Origin: an uncultured Clostridia bacterium
GTDB lineage: Bacteria; Bacillota; Clostridia; Christensenellales; UBA1242
DNA: 64,000 nucleotides
Reading direction: 5' to 3'
Assembly (NCBI GenBank): GCA_944381175.1
Contig: CALWKD010000020.1
Coordinates: forward strand, 22,888-86,887
Shown here: positions 1 to 10,600 of the stretch, piece after piece
Numbering within the stretch: position 1 is the first letter of the stretch
Layout: every line of letters starts with the position of its first letter
Position numbers and translations under genes: made by a program
Notes under the pieces: model-generated
Told to the model about the DNA's origin: nothing
What the model saw: the letters and a program-made list of their open reading frames with translations, nothing else
The model's database searches: none

Positions 1-30
1 AGACCTATTTTCGATTGTTATGTTTTCCAT
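1..30 (-). CDS. 5' end of a gene running off the window (MENITIENRS...), possibly a YabP/YqfC-family sporulation protein
   Basis: ATG at 30-28 with AAAGGAG Shine-Dalgarno 6 nt upstream. ITIENR resembles the start of YabP-family proteins, but only 10 codons are visible. Confidence 0.35.
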   Translation of the reverse strand, partial: MENITIENRS

Positions 31-82
31 TTTAAACTCCTTTTTGTTTGAAAAATTTGAGATATCGGTTATAATATAAAAT

Positions 83-901
83 ATGAACAAGAAAGAGATA
101 ATAGTAGAAAAAAATAAAAAACTTGTGACAATTCTTCAAGATTTCGGCTTTTCTTTTGCTGATGTAAACAAAATGCTTCGAAACAAAGACGTCAGGATAA
201 ATGGAAAAATTGAAAAGGGAAATCCAGAGGTCCAAGCGGGAAGTGAAGTTGCGTTTTATTATTCGGATGATATGCTCGAAAAGAAGTATCAAATTGTCTT
301 TGAGTCTGAGAATGTTGTTATCGTCTACAAGAGTGCAGGAATTGAAACGGCGGGAGATTCGGGACTTGAGAAAATTATCTCTGGGGCGATTGCGGTTCAT
401 AGGCTCGACCGAAACACTGAGGGGCTTGTGATTTTTGCAAAAAACAGCGATGCGGAAGAAAAACTTAACACGGCTTTCAAAAACAAACTCGTGCACAAGT
501 TTTATGTCGCGGAGGTTGTCGGAGATTTGAATTGCTCTGGGAAGATTTTTTCTGCTTATCTTTCCAAAGATAGCGAATCCTCTTTTGTTAAGATTTCGGA
601 CAAAAAAGTGCCAAATTCCACAAAAATTCAAACAAAAATCACCACAATTAAGCACGGCAGTCAAAGTAGTCTTGTTTGCGTGGAACTTTTAACTGGTAAA
701 ACTCATCAAATAAGAGCACATCTTGCTTTCCTTGGACACGCGATAATCGGTGACGGCAAATATGGAAAAAATGAAGACAACAAAAAGTTTGGGCAGTCAA
801 GGCAAAAGTTGGCGTGCTTCAAATTGGAGTTTGATAAGATTGGAATTGAGGAATTGGACGGGAAAACTTTTGAAAAGAAGCCGAAGTGGTGGAATTTTTA
901 A
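83..901 (+). CDS. RluA/RluD-family RNA pseudouridine synthase with N-terminal S4-like domain
   Basis: Catalytic HRLDRNTEG motif, TGKTHQIRAHL and IIGDGKYG motifs. Confidence 0.93.
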   Translation: MNKKEIIVEKNKKLVTILQDFGFSFADVNKMLRNKDVRINGKIEKGNPEVQAGSEVAFYYSDDMLEKKYQIVFESENVVIVYKSAGIETAGDSGLEKIISGAIAVHRLDRNTEGLVIFAKNSDAEEKLNTAFKNKLVHKFYVAEVVGDLNCSGKIFSAYLSKDSESSFVKISDKKVPNSTKIQTKITTIKHGSQSSLVCVELLTGKTHQIRAHLAFLGHAIIGDGKYGKNEDNKKFGQSRQKLACFKLEFDKIGIEELDGKTFEKKPKWWNF

Positions 902-932
902 CAACATTCGACTTGAAATCATATAAACCTAT

Positions 933-1406
933 ATGGGTGAGATTTTGAAGGTCAACTCTTATTATGAGGGGTTGTTGCAAAACCTTTTTGGAGGGGCAAG
1001 GGGATGCTTTTCCAACTTTATGAATTTCTTTTATCAATACAATCAAATTTTGCAATTTGCTCCAGAAAATTGCAACTGTATGCAATTTTTGTTCAAAAAA
1101 GAGTTGGAAAACTGCGAAATTTTGTCACAACTTTTGATTAAAATTGGCGGAGATAACAGATTTTATTCAAGTTCAAGAAAATATTTGTCGGGATACAATG
1201 TTGACTACTGCAAATCTGTTTCAAAAATGTTTATTTCTGATGTGGAACTGCTTGAAATTGGTGTGATTGAGACCAAAAATGCCATCCAAAAGATTGAAAA
1301 TGCGGTCATTAAAAAAGAGTTAAAGAAAATTTTGGAAAATAAAAAACAAGAATTAAAATTCTTAAAAGAGACATTTTTCAGAAATAATTTATTAAAAAAT
1401 CAATAA
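933..1406 (+). CDS. Ferritin/Mn-catalase-like (CotJC-like) four-helix protein, metal ligands apparently degenerate
   Basis: Pattern YxxLLxxxFGG...YQY...LxxLLIKIGGD and 157-aa size match clostridial ferritin-like spore proteins. No ExxH motifs present. Confidence 0.5.
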   Translation: MGEILKVNSYYEGLLQNLFGGARGCFSNFMNFFYQYNQILQFAPENCNCMQFLFKKELENCEILSQLLIKIGGDNRFYSSSRKYLSGYNVDYCKSVSKMFISDVELLEIGVIETKNAIQKIENAVIKKELKKILENKKQELKFLKETFFRNNLLKNQ

Positions 1407-1439
1407 AAACTGCATCCGTTTGCAATTTTTTATTTTTTT
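1405..1439 (+). terminator. Probable intrinsic terminator
   Basis: AAAAAC-TGCA-tccgtt-TGCA-ATTTTT hairpin followed by a T-rich run, directly after the stop codon. Confidence 0.5.
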
Positions 1440-1528
1440 AAGCATTTTTCTGCTAGATTTTTACGAAGATTTCGGGTTTTTAGGAATTTATATTTAATAA
1501 ATATAAATATTTTTTCTTTGCTTTTTGT

Positions 1529-1558
1529 TTGATAAATTCATCAGATAAGTGGTAAAAT
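1529..1558 (+). promoter_or_regulatory. Sigma-A-like promoter of the giant lipoprotein gene
   Basis: TTGATA (1529-34) and extended -10 TGgTAAAAT (1550-58), upstream of a GAGGGAG SD. Confidence 0.5.
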
Positions 1559-1617
1559 ATTTTCAAGGTTATAACACACTTTTTACTGCAAGAAAAATTG
1601 ACGAGGGAGAGTTTCTT

Positions 1618-4600
1618 ATGAAGAAATTTAAGATTGTGTTGATGTCGGCGTTTATGCTGATGCTTGGGTCATTTTTGGTGGCTTGTGACTTTAAAAGTCC
1701 AGAGGCGTCATTCACCAACGAAGAACTCGTTGTCTCTATTGACGAAAACATAAATTTGGACGAGTATTTGACTGTTAAGGAAGTTGAGAAATCTTCCATT
1801 GACTATAAACTCGAAAATTCCAGTCTGTTTGATGTTGACGGAAGAAATATTATTGCTAAGCAGTCTGGCAAGTCTTATGTCTATGCGACATACAAAAACA
1901 ACATTCTCTCATCAATGCAAATCATCGTCAAAAGCAGTTTTCCTTCACCAACTTTTTCAAGTGAGCCTTTGTCAGATGACGGAATTTTGACTTGGGAGCC
2001 TGTGTTTGCTTATTATGACGGAGAACTTGTCACTCCAAGCCAGTATAGGGTTGAGGGTGTTTGCGTGGTGTATTCGGCTGATGATCCTTCAGTTGTTGAA
2101 GAGAAAATTGAAATCAACGAAACGACCACCACAAACTCTCTCCAATTGGAAAATTATGGCTTGTACAGCGTCACCGTCACCGCTCTTGGCACAGGTTATT
2201 TTGACGATAGTGCCCCGTCAGTGCTTTTGGAAGATTTGGCGTTTGGATATGTTGAGCCTGCAAAAGACTTTGCGTTGAGTGAAGACGGAGTTCTCTCTTG
2301 GTCTGGCGAAGACGGAACAAATTTCGCAGTCAAATTCGACGGTGTGGAACTTGCACAAAGACAAACTGAGATGTCTTTCGACTTGTCAAGTTATTTGGCA
2401 TCGGAAGAGGCAGGCGTGCATACGGTGAGAGTGATTTCTTATGACCCGAACGGGCTTTTGCTTGCGACGGAGAGTGAGGAAATTTCCATAACAAAATACG
2501 ATTTGCCTACCGCACAATATAGCTACAACTCGACATCGGGAGGAAATATTGAGGTTTCGGTGCAAGAGAGTGTCGGAAGATATGAATTTGAATTTGTCAG
2601 CGAAACTGACCAAACCTCAGAAAAATTTGTTGTTGAAAATGCGGGAGAAAACATTCTTTCTTCGTTTGATGAACTTGAGACTGGGCTTTACACGCTCAAG
2701 GTCAGAGCATTGCCGAACATCACATCATCAAATATTGAAGGTGAGTTCTTCTTCAAGAGTGATGCGTTTGAACTGGGAAAGGTTTATAAACTTCCAACCG
2801 CTGAAATCGACGGTGCTGGCGGAAATGAAATTGACGGAGAAAATTTTGCTGTCAATCTTTCAAGTGAAGAACTTCCATTTGATGTCCTGTTGAACATCGA
2901 GGGGCTTGGAACGACGACATTGGTTGAGGGATTTGAAAAAGGACAAACATATTTCAATTTCTTAATGCAAATTTCAAACGCTGGTGTCTATGACATTTCT
3001 TTAAGACAAATTCCAACTTCTGAGACGAACCTGGTTGGAGAGGAAAATGTTTACGTGCTGAACTCAAGCAAGAGCAACACTCTCAATGTTACAAAGGTCG
3101 GAACGATTTCTGGTGAGATTGCACACAAATACAATGAAAATGTTTCGGAATTTACTTTCGCAAAAGTGGGAAATGCCACAAATTACATATTGCAAATCGG
3201 TGGCGGCTCAAATTATGCCGATGTGCCAAATGAAAATTATGAAGTGGAAATCGGCGAAGAAGATGTGACAATCAAATTGACAGCAAAAATTGAAGATTTG
3301 TTTGACACAATTTCTGTGGAAGGCAAGAACATTTTTGACTTTAGGGTGATTGCAAAGACCGCAAATGACACACTTGCAATAAATTCTTCAAAAATTAAAC
3401 AAATTGAAAGGCTCAACGCACCTTCCTCTGCGGGCAGTGGAAATACGGAAAGCAAAATTTACTCGTGGACAAGTGCTGAAGAAGGGGTTGGAAGTTTCAA
3501 AGTGGAGCTTTACAAAATCGACAAAGACCTCTACGAAAGCAATCAGGATGAGATAAACATCGACACTTCTTCTCTCTCTGACATTGGCAGTGTGACAGAA
3601 GAGACTCAGATTGAGATTGTGGAAGTGGGATATTATTATGCAAAGGTTTATTCTTTGACCGCTGATGAAAACAATTACATCTCTTCAGCCGATGCTCTTG
3701 AAGAAGTTTTCTATATCTGTGAGCAGTTGAAAGTGGAGGATGTGAAGTTTGGAAACAACGGAACAAATTATTTGGTTTCAATTCTCAACTCCGAAAATGT
3801 TGACGAATACGAAATTTTGCTTAATGACGCTCCACTTGGAAGAGCGTCTGTCACAAGTGATGAAAGAACTCCTTTCCTTGTTGCAGAAAACTTTGATGTC
3901 AGTGGCGAAGAATACAGAATTTCAGTTGTTGCACATTCGGATGACGAAAGAATTTACAATGCCAGCACGGCATACGAGTTTATTGTGGAGAGATTGCCAC
4001 GAGTGGTGCGAGGAGATATCCAACTTGGAGGACTTTCGCTTGTTGCAGACCCAATAGATATGACTGCGACAAGTTTTGCACAAGATATTTCAATCTCGGC
4101 GATTGAAGGCGCAAAAGGCGTGAGAATTTGGAATGGAAGTGGCACTTCTGCGGGTAGTGAGACGGAGACCTCTGCAAAATTGTCAATTGCAAACAAATCA
4201 AATGTTGAATTGAATTTCAGATTTTTTGGCTCGGCAATGGAAGATGAGTTTTATGTTATGGAAGCGAACAAGATTTATCTGACTGGCGAAACCTCAACTT
4301 TCACATTCACTCGTTTGCAAACTCCAACAAATCTTGCCTATTATGACGGAAAGTTGAGACTTGAACACACAAGCACAACCTCAACTTCATATTATGTGTT
4401 GACACTCGTTTGCGTTGGGCTCAACAATCAAGCGCAATACATAACCATTCAACTTGACAACACGACAGCATCAATCAGTGGGAATGTTGTCACGATTGAT
4501 ATTGAAAAAGTGATTGAAAACCTGACTGCTGAGCAGGAAGCGATTTACAATCAAAGTGCGGAAATTGGTTTTGCGGTTTTTGCTTATGCAGACAGACTCG

Positions 4601-7600
4601 ATGGAAGCGTTGTGACGTTCTGTTCAAACTATGCGACGACGAGACTGGACAACAGCAGTGTTATTTGTGTTGTGGACAAAATGGCGTCGACAACACTCTC
4701 GATAGATTATCAGACTTCTCAGACTGATTACATTTTGAGTTGGAGTGCGATTGGGACAAATTCGGCTTACGAAAGCGAAACAAAATACAGCGTTTTGCTT
4801 GACGGCAGTGAGGTGGGAGAAGATGTTTCCTCACTTTCAAGGAGTTTCTCTGTTGATGAGTTTGACAACTCGACATATTATGAATTTTCAGTCATTGCAA
4901 AAAATCCGTATTACATCCAATCTGACACCTCAAACATAATAAGAATTTACAAATTGAACTCCATTTCAAGACTGAGACTTTTTGAGACGGGAGAACTTGG
5001 ATTTGATGTGAGTTCATCCGAGCAAGATTTTGTTGACTATGTCAATGTGACCACAAACAGCGGAGTTGAGAACAACAAAACTGGAAAGATTTCCATTTCA
5101 GAAGACGGGAAAATTTCTTTGCAAGTGGTTGGGCTTAAGGGCGTTGAGAGCGGAGAAAACAGGACAACCTATTATATTGACAGTGTGAAAACTGAGTGGA
5201 CTTTGGCAAATATGAGTGTGTTGAAGCCTGAAGATGAGACGGTGTCTTATCAAAACAACACGATTTCTTGGGATGCTTTTGCTTCGACGGAGAATTTGCA
5301 GTGTTTGAGATACATTTTGATGTTTGTGGATGAAAATGGAAACAAGGCGACATACAAGACGACAAACACAAGCGAAAACTTGACGACAAACACAGATTTA
5401 TACAACTCCATTTCCGCTTTGTCGGGAGAGGTGTCCATTTATGTTTCGGCTTACCTTGAAACGACGGCGGACTCAGTCAGCGGAGACAACGCCTATGTGG
5501 TCGACGCTGGGCAGACGATTTATTATGCACTCAATACTTCTCTTCCTACCGAGGAGACGAATAACAATTATTATGTTTACAGCAATCACGCAACCATAAC
5601 AAAATACTCGACGCCAAAGATTTCGGATGTTGTCTTTGATGACGGGGAGTTGGAAAATGCACAATTCTCTGATATAGAGATTGTGTTTGAGGGCAATTAT
5701 GGTGCGTCTGGAAGATTTAATATTTATCTCAATGACCAGTATTTGAGATATGAGGACATAACCGCTTCTGACGGAAAATATAGTTTCACTTTGACGGCGG
5801 ATGATTACAACTTGAAAGTGGGAGCAGGTGAGACTTTGAAAGTTGGAATAATCGCTTTGAGCGAAGAGAACATCCCTTCTTCAATTGGCAGTGTAAACAT
5901 CATCAGAGCAAATGAGATTGAGAGTGTGGAGTTTGTGCAGAGCGAAGCGGGCGAATTCTCACACAAAATCAAGATTGAGTTCTCAACCACTGATTACACA
6001 AGTGGTGGAGTTGTGCTCAAGTTTACATACAAACCTACTGGAGCGGACGAGGAAAGTCAATATATTCTCATTCCAATCAATGAGGTTTTGGAAGGTGCTG
6101 AATATGACCTCGGAGATGTTATAAATCAAGTGGTTGAGGGCAACAAAATTTTGGCAAATGACGGAACAGTGCAACTTTCTGCTTTTGTTGGGAATTATTC
6201 TTATGCAGGAGAAGAGCAAGGCACTTTCTATTTGGCTTGTCCAACCTCCACAACAAGCCAAGAGTATCAAATTCTTGAGGCGGTTGGGGAAGTTGAGAAA
6301 GCGTCAGGAGGATTTGTTATTTCCGACGCCATAAACAGCGACGAGACGATTTATGTGGTTGAGTGTAATGGGGTTTTGTTTGAGGTGACAAAGACAAACG
6401 GGCAGTTCTACTTTGAGTTTCCACGTGGCGGAGAGTGGACAAATGGACAGTATAACTTGACGATTTACGCAAAACAGGCAAATTTCTTAAACTCTGTGAC
6501 GAACGAAGTTTCTTTCGAGTTGAACAGAATGCCGTCGGTTTCAAATGTTATTCTTTCTAGACCAAATGCTGACGATTTGTCAGAAATCACAATCACTTGG
6601 AATGATGTCGCTGGGGCGACTGGTTATGTGTTTAGGCTGTATTTGGCGAGTGACATAGAAAGAGAAAACTTGCTTTATGAGTACGTTGAGGACAGAACAA
6701 AATCGACAGGCTCGACGATTGTGAACTCTTGCACTTTTGTCGATATGTTTGGTGAAGGATACGAAAAACTTCTGCAAGCAGGGCAGATTGATGTCTTTGA
6801 TTTGATGGTTGACCAAAAACTCGTGATTGATTTGTTTGTCAAAGGAACAACTGAAGATAACGACTCAAACACCTTCTCGTTTAATGCGACAATAAAAGGA
6901 AATGCTATTGAGATTGATGATATTGATGTGAATGAATATGGAAATATCACCTTTAACGCTGTTGCAGGAGAAACATATCTTTATAGGTTTGTTGGAGTGG
7001 ACGGAACAGTCCTTCAAAATTGGACAAAAGTTGTTGCAGACAGCGACAACATCAAAATTGACACCGACAAAATAACTGCAGAGGGCGGAACTTATTATAA
7101 TATGGAAATTTTTGTGGTTGGTGGAATTGTGGAGTCACCAGTTTCAGCGACCTTTGACGGCTTGACCTTTGACTCGGTGTCATTCACGACCTATGGGACT
7201 GGGAGGTCCTTTGTTGTGGGCACGGATATCGTCGACCTAGGGTATATTGAAGCGGAAAACAATGTTGATTTTGCTTTTGAACTTATGACTGGGACATATT
7301 CAAAACTTTTTGTTGGCTTGAGCGAAGATGCGTTGATGAATGGGCAAGTTGCTGGGTTTGTTCCGACATTGGTGACTTCTGGCTCTGACAATTTGCAAGA
7401 AATTTGTTCTTACCCACTTTCAATGATATTTGATGCTCTGAATGATATTGGACAAAAAGTCACACCAAGTGAGTCGGATATTGTGCTTTACTTCTGGGCT
7501 TACAAGGAGTATGCCCCTGACGATTTGGAAAACAGTTACACAATTTCGCACGCAAGTTCTTGTGCGGTGAGATACACAAGTGATGTCGACTTTATTGAGA

Positions 7601-10600
7601 TCAAAAAACTTGGCGAAGTTTCCGACAATTCAAAATATATGGAGGACTATGCAAACACCTTTGCATTGTTTGAAAACAACGACGACTCAAACAATACAAC
7701 TGTCGGAATTTATGTCAAAATCTCTTCCATAACTCTCGATGAAATCGCACTTGACGATGAGGACGAAGAAAGTCAAGAGGGTGAGGAAGAATTGCCGAGT
7801 GACACAAATGAGCCTTTTGAAACAATCTATTTTGTCGAGAAGGCAGACCTTTTGAGTGTTGATTATTTCTTGGAAGACGGGAATTTTGTCATAAACTTGA
7901 CCTCTTTGTTTGAGCAGGGCGAACTTGCCTCGCTTTCTGGCAAGTTTAAGATTGAGTTTGCAGTCCTTTCCACCACCAATGACACAGGTGAGACCAAGTT
8001 TGTTTTGAGCGACTGGTTGGGACAGGCAAATGGCAAAGAATTTATCTTTGAGAGATTGAAGAGAGTCGAGGCGTTGATTCTCTCGGCAGGAAATCTCAGT
8101 TGGACAAATGAAGAAGAAAACGCTCAAAGATATTATGTTTACTTCATTGAAGAACTCAATGACGACAATTCGCTTGGAGACGCATATGTCTACGACACAA
8201 CCACAGTGACAATTTATGACGCTTCAAGTTTTGTTGGAGTTGGAAACAGTTATTATTTGGCGGTGAGAAGCGTAAACGAAGACCCGTATGTGATTTCTTC
8301 GCAGTTGGTGTTTGTGACCTCAAATTCAATTCCAATCAAGGTGCAAAAAAATCAAATCAACTCACCACTGAAACTTGAAAATGGAAAACTTTATTTCGAG
8401 TTGGAAGAGGGGCAAGATTTTGTAAACTATATCAAGTCTTGTGCGGAGACCACGGATGCAGTTGAGCAACTTCTTGAGCAGACATTCACTTCACCATTCA
8501 CTTTCAACTTGACTGACCTTGTGAACGGCACAATTTTTGCTCGATTAAGGTTCACTTCTCTTGCACAGGGGGTTGAGGGGAAAGCCCAAACCTTTGATAT
8601 AAACGCAAGAGATTTGATTTCAAGTATTTTTGACCTTGGAGAACTTTACAGCACAAAACTTGACGCCTTGATTTCAAATGCTGGAAGTAGTGACGCTATT
8701 GCAAAGTTGACGGCATTCAAGACCTTGATGGAAGACGGAAATATGGGCGTTGGAAACTATAAACTCCTTTTCGACGACCGTTTTGAGTCTTTGCAAACTG
8801 GCGAATATAAACTTGACTATTGCCTGCTTGGAAATTCGAGCACCCTCACATCAATTTGGTACAATTATGAAAACGAGAACGGAGAAAACAGCATTTACAT
8901 CAACAACGAGCCAAAGGTTCAGGCGCTCAAGCAAGCCGACGCAAACTACAAAGCGATAAATTATTACAAAGTTTTGGTGAAGAAGAGTGAGATTTATTCT
9001 CAGGTTGGTGGAGAACTTGTTTCTTCTCTCGCTGAAAATTATGTGATGAAAATTTACAATGATGTTGGCGAATATTATTCATTCTCAATAACAAAAGGTG
9101 TAAACAATTACAGTCTCTATCTGATTGGAAGTGAGACAGACCAAACGGTGAGCGTTTATGAAGCAAATGAGAATGGCGTGCAGACCTCTGGTGGCGACTA
9201 TTTGATGTTCTATTTGAACCAAAACAACAGCAATTCAATTTTGGGTCGATACGGAGACGAGATTCCAATCGGAACATACAAAATGCAAATTTTTGCAGTC
9301 GGAAACAATTATTCTGTGTCGAGTAAGTCAAGCCTTTTCAATCTCGTGCTTTACGGATTTGGAAGTGATTTCCAACTCAACAACGGTGAGTTCTCTTGGA
9401 CGGCACAGAGAAACACAAAGACAACGGTTGTTTACAAGAAGCACACGAGCGTTGGAGAAGATTTGGTGCAAGTTGAGACCACGGCAGCGACGGCAAGATA
9501 TTCTCTTGATGACGGCGGATATGGACTTTATGATTATGTTGAGTTCCTTGTTGTCGGGGATGTTTACTCAAACAACATCTTTGTCGACAGCGAAATTTAT
9601 TACGTACCAAATGTCTACAAACTTGCAAATCCAGTTCTCTCAAACACAAATGGCTTGATTGAGATAAACGACACGCAAAACGCAAACTTTGAAGGCTTGA
9701 ATGGATGTTATTCAGATATCGGACTCTACAATTATAGACTCTACAACGACGTCTCCACCTCTTCAAATTTCTACACATTCACAGACCAAAACAATGCCCA
9801 ATCTTCAATCTTCTATGAGACGGGCACGACGGGCTTGTCGCAAACTTCGTCTTATTATTCCTACAAGAGCACTGAAAAAGATGCATCACAATTCTATGTG
9901 GCAAGCATTGGAAGTTCGGCGACTTTTGAGATTGAAGACTTTATGCTTCAAACTGGTGGAAGCGAGTTCTATATGAAAAATGTCTACTGCATAGACAGCA
10001 CCACTGGCGAACCTATCAAAGACAGTTCAATTGGCGTGGCAGTGAGGAGCAATTTTGCCACTCTCGACGCAAGGATGATGGATGAAATCACAAATGTCGA
10101 GATTGTCGATGGGGTTATGACTTGGAATGCGGTCACTGGAAGAGCGGAGGACGGTTTGACCATTCCGACAACTGGAGACCAAAGAGTTGTTTACAGAGTC
10201 ATCATAAAGCAATATGATTTGTCAAATGGTGAGAGTGGAGAAGTTGAGAATGAATATCCAAATGTAATTCAACACTACACACTTGAAACAGAATTTGACT
10301 TTGCAAGAATTGCAGAGGAAGAACTTGTCAAATCTGCAAAATATATGAAAGCGACAATTCAGGCGTTTTCTATGAACTTCTCGGAAGATATTCCTGCATC
10401 GTCGTCATATATAGAACTTGTTGAAGGCGGATATGCATATGGGAATGTGACATACGAGGGAAGCACAACCTTTGTTCTTATGGGAGAAGGTTACCTTATC
10501 AATTCGATTGAGAGGTCGACTTCAATAGATGAGGGTTCATTGCACACCGAAAATGGAGACCTTGTTTGGACCTTTACGACTGATATTCAAATGCTTCCGT

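Noticed and set aside
1549-1617. ORF-track upstream starts (also 15809, 41809, 50294, 52991, 53249, 55623)
   Set aside because: These extensions overlap promoter boxes or neighbouring genes. Downstream starts fit the SD, signal peptide or family N-terminus better.
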